From Camelus dromedarius (lineage: Eukaryota), in assembly GCF_036321535.1 (NCBI RefSeq), contig NC_087437.1, forward strand, positions 6,014,001 through 6,078,000: a DNA stretch of 64,000 nucleotides. Direction: 5' to 3'. The notes beneath the pieces are model-generated. The model did not search any database. It was given only the letters and a program-made list of their open reading frames with translations, and was not told the origin of the DNA. Each line of letters starts with the position of its first letter. Positions within the stretch are counted from its first letter, which is position 1. Shown one piece after another: positions 23,151 to 36,912 of this stretch. The position numbers were made by a program, and so were the translations under genes.

Positions 23151-24553
23151 GTGAAAACTAATCTGGTGGTGATGGTGGTGGTGGTGGTGGTGGGTGGGGG
23201 GGCGTGGGCTGGAGATTAGGGGAGAGAAGGGACTCTAGCTAGAAAGATCTGGTATAAAGAAAGTATCTAAAATAAATACACTGCTCTTTTAAACCTATCA
23301 AAACTAAATATTCGACATGATGGGGAGGAAATACAAGTGACCAGACTGTGAGATTCCTGCAGACAGGGAGTCTTGTCTGGCTGGTTCACTGAGTGTCTCC
23401 AATGCCTGCAATAGTGCGAGTCTGGCATTCAGGACAAATGTGTTAAATTAAATGAACAAAGTGACTATCGGGAATAAACTCTTATTTGTAAAACAAGAAT
23501 CAGACAAAATGAATAAACAGAAAAGAGCTTCAGAGAAGCCTCGTGGGCTATAGAACTGGTCTCATAATTACGCAGTTCATCAAAATGTGAGACAGACTTC
23601 AATCAAGGATGGGTAATTTAAAAATAACGTTACACTGAAACAGCGTTCAAATTACAAGTTTAAATTTAGCTGCTTTCTTATCAAAGTCTTCTCACCTTTT
23701 AGACTGTGAGTTTCTGTGTGTTGGGAATTACATCTTCTCTTGACTCTCCAAGTCAGAGCAGAACACATCTGTACATGTATTCCACCAATGGATGTTTAGG
23801 TCATTGGAATTCTACTGAAGAAAAGCTAGCACACAGGCAAAACGCCGAAGGAGGACGATTCAGACAACTTGCAGCACTGATCACGACTAACATTTTAGTC
23901 TCCACAGCAAACTTTGAAATTACGTTCTCATTGGAGATGGTTCTGGTTTGACAAGTTAACTCTTGAGACAGCTGAGTACAGTATTATGAAAGAACAAAAC
24001 TGTTCATCAACCCTTTATGCCAGTGTTCATTTCTTTTAAAAGTACGATTTTAATGTTTTTTTATTCCTACAGTGACCCTTAAAATGTCTATGTATGTAAT
24101 CACAAACGCGCACACAAGATGCATTTATAAGCATATTGTGTAGTTCTAAAGACAGTTGGGAAACCCAATTTCAATTTTGCTACTGAAATAAGTTAAGGAT
24201 ATATTACAGAACTGCCTCTTTTCAATCAACAGCAAGGATCTAGAAAGAGATTATATGAGTAGGCACGATTTATTCAGGTTTATTAGTGTTAGAAAGATGA
24301 AGTTGTCAAACTTCAAACCGTAACAAGCACTCTATTCACTTAATTTTTCATCTTACCACTGACATCAACGTGTATCTTTTTCCCATGCCTTTAAAAAAAC
24401 TGGGATAATTTATTTAACAAAGATTCATTACATGCATTAACCACTGATATGCTAAAATCTAGAAAATTATTTTCAGCAAATGTGTAAAATTTCCTAATGA
24501 TCTCCAAGAATATCTTAGTGACTTATAACCTTCATCAGAGAAAGAGGACTTAC

Positions 24554-24639
24554 CGGCTTTTATTCATGAGGTCTGCTCCTCGTGCTTTGTAATAATCTAA
24601 ATTTGGATGGAATTGATAAGTCACTGGTCTTGGATTTCT
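24554..24639 (-). CDS. TBC1D5: TBC1D5 internal coding exon (86 nt), RNPRPVTYQFHPNLDYYKARGADLMNKS(R)
   Basis: Hand-translated; not in the ORF track. Acceptor TTTTCTTCTCTAG|AGA, donor CCG|GTAAGT. Phase 0 in and phase 2 out, consistent with both neighbouring exons. Confidence 0.95.
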
Positions 24640-25064
24640 CTAGAGAAGAAAAGCAATAAATTAAAATGTATAAGGCTATTTAAATTATACATTAACACAT
24701 AAAAGGCTGAAACAATTGTTTCTATATTCTTTCAGAAAAACATGTAAAATAATGAAGTTCAATAATCAATGTGCTTATTGAAGTTTTGTCTTAACTGATT
24801 TTAGTCTGATTAAACAGTGAAATTGTTTTAATATATTTTACTTTTACTTGTCTCATAGTTTACATAGATTTATTCCTTTCATTAGATTTCTTTTTGATAA
24901 TTTTGATCACTTTCAATATGTCGCTCCAAAGACAATCAGGTAAAATTACAATAAAACTGAAATATTATATGAGATGTAACACCAGCACAAGCTATGCTTA
25001 AGGGCTAGGAGACACAAAATGTCAAGAAAGCTGCATTTTGGAGGAGAGCAATAATCAGTTTTTT

Positions 25065-25225
25065 TTTCCATTCTTTTTTTTTTTTAATTAAAGTATAGTC
25101 GATTTACCATGTTGTGTTAATTTCTGGTGTACAGCATAGTGATTCATTTACACACACACATACATACATACAGACACATATATATCCTTTTCATTACAGA
25201 CCATTACAAGGCATGGAATACAGTT
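25065..25225 (-). mobile_element. Short artiodactyl-type L1 3' end
   Basis: T-run followed by AATTAAAGTATAGTCGATTTAC..GTTGTGTTAATTTCTGGTGTACAGCATAGTGATTC. Confidence 0.75.
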
Positions 25226-25251
25226 TTTGATAACCAGAATGCTAAATATGC

Positions 25252-25265
25252 CCGCTAGATGGCAC
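25252..25265 (+). promoter_or_regulatory. Candidate CTCF site CCGCTAGATGGCAC
   Basis: Exact match to the degenerate core CCRSYAGRKGGCRS. Confidence 0.55.
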
Positions 25266-26894
25266 ACCGAGTCTTTCTTCTAAAATGAACGTATTATTTC
25301 AGAATTCATCAATTCTTTTAAAGTTAGTAATTTCTATGTCATCTATTCTTATATACGAGTTTAATAAGTGCCCAGGTAGTGGAAATATTAGCAGGGTATC
25401 ACCACAATACAAAAGCAAACTGACCAGTGCACATTTTCATAAAAGCAGCAAATTCACTGTACTCTCTGGCATTTAATATTATTGAGCAATGTGCTGAAAT
25501 GTCCTTGAATCATAAGGTTGGGTGTATCTATTTAAATACGTTGCTATTATTTAATGTGTCTCTTTAAATGTTTCAAGTCCCTCAGGCAAACAAAAATTAA
25601 TCAAAGGTATTTCTAGTTGATAACAACACATTAATAGCATAACTTAAATGAATACCATCATCTCCAAAATGTTAAATTATATATATATTTCGTTTAAAAA
25701 AGTTTTTAAAGACTGAGAAGTAAATGTATTGCAATGTTTACCTGAACATATAATTCAAGTTAATAATTTGAACCAGAGCACTCCCTGTCCTTTGAGATCT
25801 GACACAGAAAGCTACATTTTCTCTTAATAGAAAGTTACCAGTATGCTTGGATATCACTCCTTGGAGACATAATCCCCAAGACACTGACACACTTGCATGT
25901 TGGTGGGGGTGTATAATTGCTAAGGTTAAATAGTTTGAAATTCATCAAGCTAACAAGCTGCATCTTAATGCCATGATGGACCTTTTCTTTTTCTGCTGAA
26001 AAGAGAATATTTACACAGCTCAACCCTTTCGTATCTCTTCCAAGTCAGCCCTAATCATCTGACAAAAATGACAATCCCTTGATTTAGCTTCAGCTACTAC
26101 TCCACTGGTTTGGTATTCAACACAGTTCTGCAATAATCACATCTGAATTGCCTTGATGAAGATAACTGATGCTTCCATGACTACCATACTGCTAAGTCTA
26201 ACAGCGTAACTTGCCTCTGCCTAGGAGCTGCGTAGGCTTCCTTGTGGTGGCTGATGGCAACCCGGACCCGAGCATAACGGAAGCATGAAACAGAGGTCAA
26301 AGCCACTGGCAGACTGATGGCGCATTCATGATTTACGTTAAAAATGAACTTTCGTAGGACTATCACTCGTGACGAACTTTGCTCTTTCTTCTCAGTGCCT
26401 GGAAACATTTTGCTTTCGCTAATACAAAAGGCTTTTCTTCTCTGACTTTAAACAAATTAATAAAGGATCACGTTACCTTGTGTTCGGAACAATGAAAGAA
26501 GGGAATGCATAGAGCAATTTCTGGAAACATCTTTATAGAGAAATGACAAGCAATTCAAGACACAAGTGCTGATCTATCTAAGCGCTTAAAGCCATTATTA
26601 GGAATAATGATCTAACTGGAACATATGAATGAGGCTCAAGTATCGCTTTCACTGCGGCCTATTGAAATTCCTAGGAGAGTTCCTGGTAGTAAAGGGAGAG
26701 GTAGTTTAAAGTGCCGGTGTACTAGGATGGGGAAAAAAAAATTGAAATATAATGTTGAAAAACTGTATTTGAAATGTAAGGAAATAAATTCAGAAGTGAC
26801 AGCTGAAAGGTATTCAACAGGGTTTTCTATCTGAGATGATGGTAAGTACGTGGACACAGACAGATGATGCAGACGAGCCCTGGCCGGGAGAGGT

Positions 26895-27210
26895 GTCGCG
26901 CGGCTCACAAACGCAAGCTTCACGCGTAATTTACACTGTCCAACAACCACGTTAAAAAAAAAAAAAGGAAAAAAGCTGAGTGAAATTAAATGGAACAATA
27001 TTTTGTTTAACTGAGTATATCCCAAATATTATGATTTTAACATGTAATCAAATATAAAAAATATTGAGATATTTTATATTTTTTCTTTTGGAAAAAGTGT
27101 TTGAAATCCAGTGTATCTTTTACTCCGACAGCACAACTCAGTGTGGACCGGTCACACTTCAGGTGCTCGGTAGCCACACATGGCTGTGGCTACTGCCATG
27201 AACAGCACCG
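26895..27210 (+). mobile_element. MER33-like hAT-Charlie MITE
   Basis: Collinear with the recalled MER33 consensus (GTGAAATTAA...AACATGTAATCAA...GAAATCCAGTGT...TAGCCACA.ATGGCT..GGCTAC). Confidence 0.75.
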
Positions 27211-29109
27211 AACTCAATGTCTGATGGGCCTGTAAACCAATAAATATGTGGCCCTAGAAATCAAGGCACAGACACGAATTTACAAAAGGCACAAATGCTT
27301 TTCTACATTAAGATTCACTCCTGACAGTTCTTTAATTCACCTATAATTCTTCTCTTTTAATTAAGTTAGTTTTGTCTCTTCTGAATAAGGCTTTAAAAAG
27401 TCAAAAAATTTTGGAGCACTAGCTTCTCACACACCTATGGACCAGAATGATAATAGCAGTGGTTTCCTAAGAGGGATGAGATCAAATGAGCAGAATTCTA
27501 ATCTTATGCAATTGAAACATTTTAAAAAGACAGGGATACTTGCTTTTCCTATTTTAAAGGATTTTTCCCCAAATAAAATTTTACAGAAATATGCTTTGAT
27601 TTTTAATTTTTGTAGATCTGAAATACCCTCTAAAATGTAAGAGCCACTAGAATTCTACACATATAAATGTGTATTCTACACATATGTAAGAAAGACCAGA
27701 CCCCATGACAGCTGTAAGTTCTCACTGTGTAGGACATGTGTTGACAAATATGTCTTTGCAAAAGACTGGAACAATTAGTAATTATTTTAAACCCATTTTC
27801 ACACAGTCAGGATTTCAAACATTATATAATAGCTTTTCCAAACCAATGTAGATTAAAAAAAGTTTTGTTTTGGAGAATTTTTCTTTGGAAAGATAACAAA
27901 ATGGTAATCATACCCTAACCGACGCTAGTCTGTGTACAGAGGAATATCAATTATGTTTTACAGCCTGAGAAGTCTATATAACCATACACGAACATGCAGA
28001 AATTACAAATTCAATCCATCCGGGGTTGACCATGCCTTTCCTAAACCAACCTGGATGGACCTGAAATAAATCTTCCGTGAGACTGCAGCTAATTAACTTC
28101 CTAAGTACCACTCAATTCTTCTCTGTTAACAAGCTACTGGAGCTCTTCTTAAGTCTCTCTCTTCAGCTTTTCATTTTATGACAATATAAGAAGAATGTTG
28201 AAACTCCCACCCATGGCATAGATGGGCAGAAATTTGGGGAGGCATCCTAAAGCCTTGTGGACAAAATGACTTACGGAAGCAGAAGAGATAATGGTAGAAA
28301 CGAGTGTCTGAGAGGGAACTATATGGAAAAAGAGAACCAAACCAAACTTATGTTGTATTTCTGAATTTCCAAAATGCTGTTGTTAATTTGGTGTGATCAA
28401 ATCAATTTACAAGTGCTTAAATGACAGCGATCAATCGTAGGGACAAAGCTAATTGAAACCTCACCTCTCTGTTACAGGTAACGTGCTTCCTTCTGAGGTC
28501 TAAAGCTGCCCTTTAACATAATGTCAGGTCAGACACTCTGCCCCTTACGAGTGTGATTTTCACGGTGGACAACTCCCTTCTGCTCTACTCTGTAAAGGAA
28601 ATCTGTAGATCTGCATATAATCCTCCTTCCCGCCACCCTCACCCGCGTGGTGATGTTTCAGTATTTTGAGTTGGAATCCCCTTTGTGGTGGTGGTATACA
28701 AATATTTCAGTGCTAACCCACCGCTAAGTACAACCACCTACCAGATGCTACAAGAAGCACAATTAACCACAAGATGGAACGTGATAGCTTTCCTTGTTCT
28801 GAGCCTAGTGGAACCAAACACATCCAATGGAGGTCATCACAAACAGTACTTCCTAGACTGGTCCCCTGACTCTGGTCCCTCACCTGAGAATGGTTATCTC
28901 CTTCTGAATTGCTCCAGAAAGACAGGAGTCTGAGGTCCTTATCCTGCTTTGAACCACTCAGTGCCTTTCCAAGGCCTCTTTATTTGTAAACACATGCAGA
29001 ACCGAAAGGAGCAAAACAAAAGCCATTCCAGTGATGCCAGCTCTAATTTCTGAATGTCTCAGTAGGAGCCGAAGAAGAGTTAAAGCTTTATGTTAAAAAC
29101 AAAGGGACC

Positions 29110-29350
29110 AACCACTGTATATACAAATAGATAAAAAACAAATTTCGTCTGTATAGCACAGGGAATTATATTCAATACCTTGTGATAACCTTTAATGAAA
29201 AATATTAAAATATATACATGTATCCTCATGACTGGGACATCGTGCTGCACACCAGAAACTGACACACTGTAACTGACCATACTTCAATTAAAAAAACAAT
29301 AAATGAAAGGAAACAACAACAACAAAACCTCCAAAAAACAAACAAAAAAC
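29110..29350 (+). mobile_element. Artiodactyl/camelid L1 3' end with A-rich tail
   Basis: Same 3'UTR motif as 7181-7374, with a degenerate TSD ending GGACCA. Confidence 0.8.
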
Positions 29351-32300
29351 CGGACCAGGCAAACGTAACATCTGCTTTAGAGGCACAGGCTGCCTGGCCC
29401 GGGAAGCCAGGGGTCAGAGGTCAGGGAGGCTCAGGTCCAGATCTGGCCCATCCACTGCCAGCTGAGCCGCTGGGAGGAGTCTGTCACACTCCCAGCCTGA
29501 GTTTCTGCACCTGCAAAACCGCGCTAAGGATTCAAGGGGACACTGAACACTAGGTGCACAGCACAGTGCTGGGCACTTCATAAAAACTCCGCAAAATGGG
29601 AGCTATCATCCCCTTCCGATACCACCGAGCACTGACAATCAGACCTCTGACAGCAGTTTGACGGAACGAAAACTTAAAATCCCGGATAACAGACAGGTAC
29701 AGAAGGCGCTGTTGCAGACTTCTGATAACATATAAATTGAGGGTAGATTTTATCAAACATTATTTTTTTAAAAAAGCAAATACACATATTTAGGAAAATA
29801 TATCATGCACACTGGATCTCACATGTGGGGAGAAAAACTGTCTTCTTTCTCAGAAGAGGAGTATATACATACATTTTTTAATAATTGTAAAACCACATAC
29901 TATTAATGCACACTTGTTTGCCAGCTTATGAGGTTACAATAAAGTTCTTTCCTACAATATGTCCAAATTATTATTTTTATATTTTATTGGTCACACTTTT
30001 TACATTAAATGAAACTGATACAAAGTTCCTGTAGCTCTTGTTTAATAGAAAAGGTTGACTTCTACTTACAGTATAAATATATGTTGGGCGTGAAGAAAAC
30101 ATTTGACAGGTGAAGAATTACCTTGTTTTCCTTCCTTAATATCTTGGTACCAACTCTTAATTTTTAGCATGCCAGATCAGAAAAGGGGAAAAAATAAGGC
30201 TCAGAAGGAGAAACAGCACTGTAAAAATATGTCGAATGTTTCTCTTTGATGAAAAATGAGGCTCTGATTTTAGTGAATATGTTATTGCCTCAATGCTGGG
30301 GGAAAAGCAACCGTCATTAGAAAAACGAATTGCTCAGCTGTTTATAAGCAGAAAGCTCTGGGGGAATTTCTCAGGACCCCAAAGGCGAAGCATTACAGGG
30401 TTATGCAAACATATGTTGCAGGTGTTTTAGGGGAGACAGGTGGGCAAACCTCAGCCCTGGAAGAGGAGCTAGTTTCATGCGCTGTAGCGGAAACGAGGTA
30501 ACCAAAATGCATCCAAGTGCAAGGATGATGCCATGGCACCAGCGAACCCGGGCTGCGGAGCAAAAACTCTCCCTAAAATAATTATCTTGTTAGTGCCAAG
30601 CAAACAGCATTTTCCCCTTCTTGTAGTTTTATAGAAAACACACACTGCCAATTACTTTTTCTTTTTTTCCCTAAACTAAAGGTATTTTAAACCTGGAACA
30701 AAGAACAGCCTGAAATAGCGATAATTATCCCAAAAAGATAAGGATGAAGTATTGTTGCCTTTATTTAAACAAATATTTCTAAGGAGACAGTTTGTGGTAA
30801 TCGCCCCTCTTTGGTTCACTAGGCAACATTAGATTTATCATAATTCTCCTAAAGCCGAAGATATTTCTATATTAAAATGCTAATTTTGTCTTTTCTTTTG
30901 CCTGTAATTAAAGCTGGGGAAATTTGTGATCTGATATTCACTGATTGCTAGAGGGTCCGCAAAGGTCTCAACATTTCTGTTTCTTATCGCCACATCCTGC
31001 CCTCTTCATTAAAATTAGATGGAGTAACACAGTGGATCAAAAAGGCAGACAGTATAGTCCAAAATGTTCAAAACATTCCCTTAAAAATATATATATATAT
31101 AAAATAAATGGTATTATCTAGATATTGCTGTCAAATCTAGATCTGCATTTTATTTCCTTCATCATTTATCCAAGAGTTGACTTCCTTTTTGTTACTTGCT
31201 ACTGAGACAATACTCATTTTACTATACATATTTACATGTAATAGTGTATCAAGCCTTACCTTCCCTACCTAAACCATTTTTCTTTTTTCTTAAACAACTC
31301 ATACCATGAATTAAATGTCAAGTACTTTGTATGAAATAAGTTAAAAAAACATCAGACTTGGAAACAAAATCTAGTTTGATTTTTTACAATATTACAAAAT
31401 CCAAAATGTGGATACAAAGCATTATTCACGTTAACATAGATCTTCACCAAAAAAAGGGAAACAACTCTTTGTGTAACAAGGTTGTAAATTGTGATTTTAT
31501 TTCAGTACCAAGATTAAAATGACCTCTGGTCTAAAACTAAAAATTCCTATATATTCTGATAGTAAACATACCTTACAAATATTAGGTATTAAGAATCTTA
31601 GTGCAACTGACAGAAAAATTTAGGTAATTCCAACCTCTTTACCTACAGATTAAGACTTGGAAAAAAGAGAAAATTTAAAAGACCTTAAAAATAAAAAAAG
31701 GAAGCAAAAACTGTTAACTGGTAAAGACACAGACAAAACCCCTGAACCCAGGCCAGCCTCATTTTACATACTGAATAAGCCCAATTCCCTAACGTGACAT
31801 CCCCATCCCTGCCCTGGCAAGCCGAGATCTCAGATGGCTGAGAAGCATTTTAAACCACCTGTGCATTATGCTCGACTGTAGCTTCATACAATAAACAGGA
31901 CACCGAAAGAGAAATAAAATGTTTTCCTTTTTCTGATGTATTTACATTTTGAATTCAGCATGCAGGGAGATGCCAGATTAGCGTGCCCCCCAATATATAT
32001 GTATGTATATAAATAAACACGGGGAGCAGTTTATGTTTACACATTCTGTTGGTTATTAATCCTGGGCTTCAAGATACTCCTTTTAGATCACTAGGTAGCT
32101 CTGTTCGGCAGCGCTGAACTCTTCACCTTTTTCCTTCCTTGAACGTGTGCAGGTTGGGGAGGTTTAAAGACATGTGGAAACCCATCTCTGTTTTTCTAAG
32201 AGGAAGGTTCCCAACATTCAAGGAAGGACAGAAAAGAAAAAAAAAAAAAGGGAAGAGGCACTCTCAAAACACATTCTTAAATATTCCAATTTGGGAAATG

Positions 32301-33099
32301 GACTTAAGAAATGAAAATTTCTGCTACAAAAATTACCATGGTAAATTTTTCATTTTAGAAACGTTGAAGTAAGTTTAAATATATTATCATCAAAATAGAA
32401 GCAATTTACAGAATGGCTTTAGGATTTCTGAATCCTCAAGAGTAAGTCTATGTGACCCCATGGGACTGCGAACCCTGGTGTGACGAATTCCACCATCTCT
32501 TCTTCCCTCTTCGTGACCTGCTGTTCTAAAAAGCTGAGCTGCACACCGGGGCCTGGAGAATGAAGGCCCTGCATAGTCATAGTTCTAATGCAATTTTGGG
32601 GGTAACTTCAACGATAAAACATCTTGCAATTAAAAATTCATTTATTATATAAATCCACTTTTATTACTAAGGGCATTCACTTACACACTCATTTTTGTGA
32701 TACTTTCTAGAATAACCATGAAGCATCAGTACTGAACTGTGAAATGTCCAAGTGAAGAGAGAAAACAGAAGGCCAACATGGACAATTCAGGTTAGAGCTA
32801 CACTTTCCTGAGTGAGACCAGTGTCTGCTTAAGAAAGTGTGTCAAGTGAGACCCAGAAGCCACTGAGAAGAGTGTTACAGATGGACTCGTGCCTTCCTGA
32901 TGGCTTTATCCTACACTTCATTGTCATTATAAAAAAGAACACTGACATCAGGTATGAACTTCTCGAAAGAGCAAAGATGGCATAAAATATTTTCCTTTTA
33001 ATCAACAGCCTTTGGCCCAGCTCATTGGTAAAAGCAAAGCCCCCTCAAACACCCAGTGAGACAACGGGTGCACCCCCGAAGGCTCACACAGCATCTGTG

Positions 33100-33606
33100 T
33101 GAGTGGTTCTTAGCCATCCCTGCACCATGGGCGCCACTCTGCCTTACGGGAATGAATTTGGCCCCCTTTTCAGAAGAAATTTTTAAATACCTAAAATAAA
33201 ATACATAGGGTTATAAAGGAAAACAATTATACTGAAATACAGTAATCAAAATACTGAGCAAATTGATAACATAGTGAAATGTGCTTTTTTATTAATGTAT
33301 TAAATAGGATATAGTGGCTGGTCTCATCATTACTATAATTTAGAAGCAGTGATGAATATAAATGGTATTTCAAGACATCTTCATCGGCTATTATGTGATA
33401 TAAAGTGTCTGTGCTGCTGTCGGTGACAATGTTTCAGAGGCTGCTAATGTTACTGCTGTTTGCTGTCTTCGTCCATAGTTGAAGAAAATAATCAATTTTA
33501 GTAAGGGCTTAGTGAAACTAAAGATGTAAATTTTTCTCATTCAAGTTCTTAAGACTCCCCTGAATTCCATCCATAGACCATTTGGGGGCCTCTTCTCAGG
33601 AACCTG
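33100..33606 (+). mobile_element. MER119-like hAT-Charlie element
   Basis: TAAAATAAAATACATAGG.TTA.AAAGGAAA.CAATTATA.TGAAATACAG matches the recalled MER119 consensus. Confidence 0.65.
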
Positions 33607-34589
33607 AAAGGTGGTTTTGGATAATAGCTTTCCTCTTGGGAATATGGAGTTTTATGGGTACCACTGGGTTAGTTTATTAACTCTTCTGCTGAATAACTAC
33701 GCAGGGGTGACAGTTAACATCTAAAGCAACCACTCTGGTGAAGGAAGGCAGCTAGCCATCAGGGTAGTTTGGGGAGGCAGAGGGAAATGCTGGAGAGAGC
33801 CCCTGCTGTGCCGGGCCTTAACCCCTCAGATGCTGGATTTCTTTACCTACTGATACAGAACTATTTCAGCATCTTAACCATTGGTATAGCTGTAACACCA
33901 GATGAGCAGCAGCCCCAGACAGAAATAATATTTGGGAGTAGGGAGCATCCAGATGTTGAAGTTTTGCTCTTGGAGTGTCCAGTGCCTTACCTGAATGTAG
34001 GAGATGTGAGGTGGGAGGGAAGAGGGGGGTGAAGGGGGATGCTCCCACTGAATGCAAGGGCAGTGGAGTGAGCCGTCCACGTCTGGAGGGCCCACTCTCT
34101 CTGTGCTACATTCTCTGAGATGGTATCCATCGCTGCGGGGCAGGTGATAGAAGCCAGATTTGGAGATGGGAGCTCTGTAAGTGGGGCTGTCCACTCACCA
34201 CTTTTTTTTCAAAGGTAGCTGAACTTTCTTGGTCTGTAGCCAGAAATGCTTCAAGAAAATACCTCTCTTCTGAGGTCATTTTTCTGAAGAAGCAAATCAT
34301 TTCGTTGGGGCTCCAGGTCCCCTTTGTTGGGAAATTGTAGCAATGAGAAGAAACAGGACTGCATACAACTTGGTAGTGATTCAGAAAGAAGAAAGAGAAG
34401 GCCTTGGTAATCATCCCACCCGGGTTAAGGGGAATCTTTGGAGGCCCTTTCTAGCAGTTATTCTGTGTGGAAGCACAGAGCTCTTATTTCCTGATGGACA
34501 CTGCATTTAAAACATCCTTAAGAGAGATGACTTATTAAACAAATGGAGAAAAAGTAATGTATAAAACAGCATACAAAGTATAATTTTTC

Positions 34590-36520
34590 ATACTTTGCAG
34601 ACATTGACAAGACGATCTTAAAATTCATACAGGACTGCATCTGACTCAGAACAGCTAAAATTACCTTGAAAAAGATAAACAGAGTTCATGGATTCCTAAG
34701 TCCTGATTTCAAAACTTACTACAAAGTAATCAAGACAGTATGGTACTAGCATGAAGGACAGACATATAGCTCAACGGAATACAGAGTTCAGAAATAAACC
34801 CTCACATTTATGGTTAAATTTTGACAAAGGGGCAAGACAATTCAATGGGGTAAGAACAGTCTTTTCAACAAACAGTCTTTTCAACAAAACTGATGTCCAA
34901 ATGGAAAAGAATGAAAGGAACAGACCTAAATGGAAGAGCTAAACCATCAAACTTTCAGAAGGAAATACAGGAATAAATCTTTGTGATCTTGGGTTAGGCA
35001 ACGCCTTCTTAGATAGGACACCAAAAGTACAAGTGATAAAAGACTGGTAAGTGAGGCTTCATCAAAATTAAAAACATTTGGGCTTCAGCGGGACACCATT
35101 AAGAAGGTGAACAGACAGAAGAGAAAAAATATTTGTAAATCATAAGTCAGATAAGAATCTTGTATCCCGAATGCACAAAGAACTCATAATTCTACAATAA
35201 AATGACACCCCAATTAAACATGAGCAAAGGACCCCAAGAACCATTTCCCCAAAAAACAAGTACAAATGACCCATAAGCACATGAAAAGATGTTCAACATA
35301 ATTAGTCATCAGGGAAATGCAAACCCAAACCACAATGAGATACCATTTCACATCCATTAGAATGGCTATAATAAAAAAGACAGATATACCAAGTGTTGGC
35401 AAGTATGTGGAAAAATCTGAACCCTCCTCATACACTGCTGGTGGGAATGTAAAATGGTGCAGCCATTTTGCAAAACAGTTTTTGACAGTTCCTCAAAATG
35501 GTGAATGTAGAGTTTCCATATGACCAAGCAATTCCACTGCTAGGTATACGTCCAGGAGAAATAAAAACACCTATCCACTACAGATCGTCGTTCTGAGTGA
35601 AGTAACCCAGAAAGAGAAAGAAAAATATCACTCATATATGGAATTAAAAAAAAAAGAAGAAAAAGAAATAGAAAAAAAAAAGGACACTGTGAATTCACCT
35701 ACAAAACAGAAACAGACTCATAGACATGGTAAACAATCTTATGGTTACCAGGGAAAGTGGGTGGGATGGGATAAATTTGGGAGTTTGAGATTTACAAACG
35801 TTAGCCACTACAAATAAAAACAGATTAAAAGAAGTTTCTGCTGTATGACACAGGGAACTATGTTCAATATCTTGTAATAACCTTTAATGAAAAAGAACAT
35901 GAAAATGAATACATGTATGCATATGCACGACTGGGACACTGTGCTGTGCACCAGAAATTGACACCTTGTAACTGATGGTACTTCAATTAAAAACAAAACA
36001 AAACAAAAATGTGTCCACACAAAAACGTGCACAGGAAATGTTCACGGCAGCATTATTCGTAACAACTACAGAGTGCAAACAACCCAAATGCCTACCAATT
36101 GATGCACTGATACTCCAATGTGGTATGCCTATGATTTGGCAATAAAAATGAATGAAGTACCAATACATGCTACAGCATGGACGGACCTCAAAAACATTAC
36201 GCTAACTTAAGGAAGCCAGCCACCAGCATCCACACCGCCACATACTGTATGATCCCATTTACACAGAATATCTAGAATAGGCAAATCCACAGGGACAGGA
36301 GTTAGATTAGTGTTCACCTAGGTGGGGGGCGGGAGGAGTTTTAGGGGAGGGGAGAAAGGTAGGGGACGACAGCTAATGGGTACAAGGGCTCTTTTGGGGG
36401 ATACTGAACATGTTTTTAAATTAGATTATGGTGGTCGCTGCACAACTCTGCAAATATACTAAAAACCACTGAACTGTATGCTTTAAATGAGTGGATTTTT
36501 ACTGTGTGTAAATTATATCT
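34590..36520 (+). mobile_element. L1MB-like ORF2 end and 3'UTR, containing a nested younger L1
   Basis: ORF 35317..35523 (MQTQTTMRYHFTSIRMAIIKK...GNVKWCSH) is the L1 ORF2p C-terminus. 3'UTR motifs continue to about 36520. Confidence 0.88.
35579..36004 (+). mobile_element. Nested camelid-type L1 3' end
   Basis: Interrupts the host L1 between degenerate duplicates AAAAACACCTATCCAC and AAAAATGTGTCCAC. Ends TACTTCAATTAAAAAC(AAAAC)n. Confidence 0.8.
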
Positions 36521-36646
36521 TAGTCAAGCTGTTGAAAACAAGAAATTTGATATCTACTGGTAAATGCATACACACAAACACACACACTTTTTTTTTCCCT
36601 AGAAGAAAAGGATGGACGCAGGTGAAAGAGGACTGGACAGAGACTT

Positions 36647-36912
36647 TTTTTAGTTGAAGTAGAGTTGATTTACAATGTTGTGTTAGTTTCTGGTGTACAG
36701 CATGATTCGGCTTTATATACATACACACATATACATTTATACACACATATATACATTTATACACACACACATATATAGTCTTTTCTATTATAAGTTATTA
36801 CAAGATGCTGAATATAGTTCCCTGTGCTGTACAGTAGGACTTTGTTATTTATGCATTTTACATGTAGTAGTGTGTATCTGTTAATGCCAAGTCCCTACTT
36901 TATCCCTCCATC
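36647..36912 (-). mobile_element. Artiodactyl-type L1 3' end with internal (TA/CA)n
   Basis: TTTTTTAGTTGAAGTAGAGTTGATTTACAATGTTGTGTTAGTTTCTGGTGTACAGCA, flanked by CAGAGA duplicates. Confidence 0.8.
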
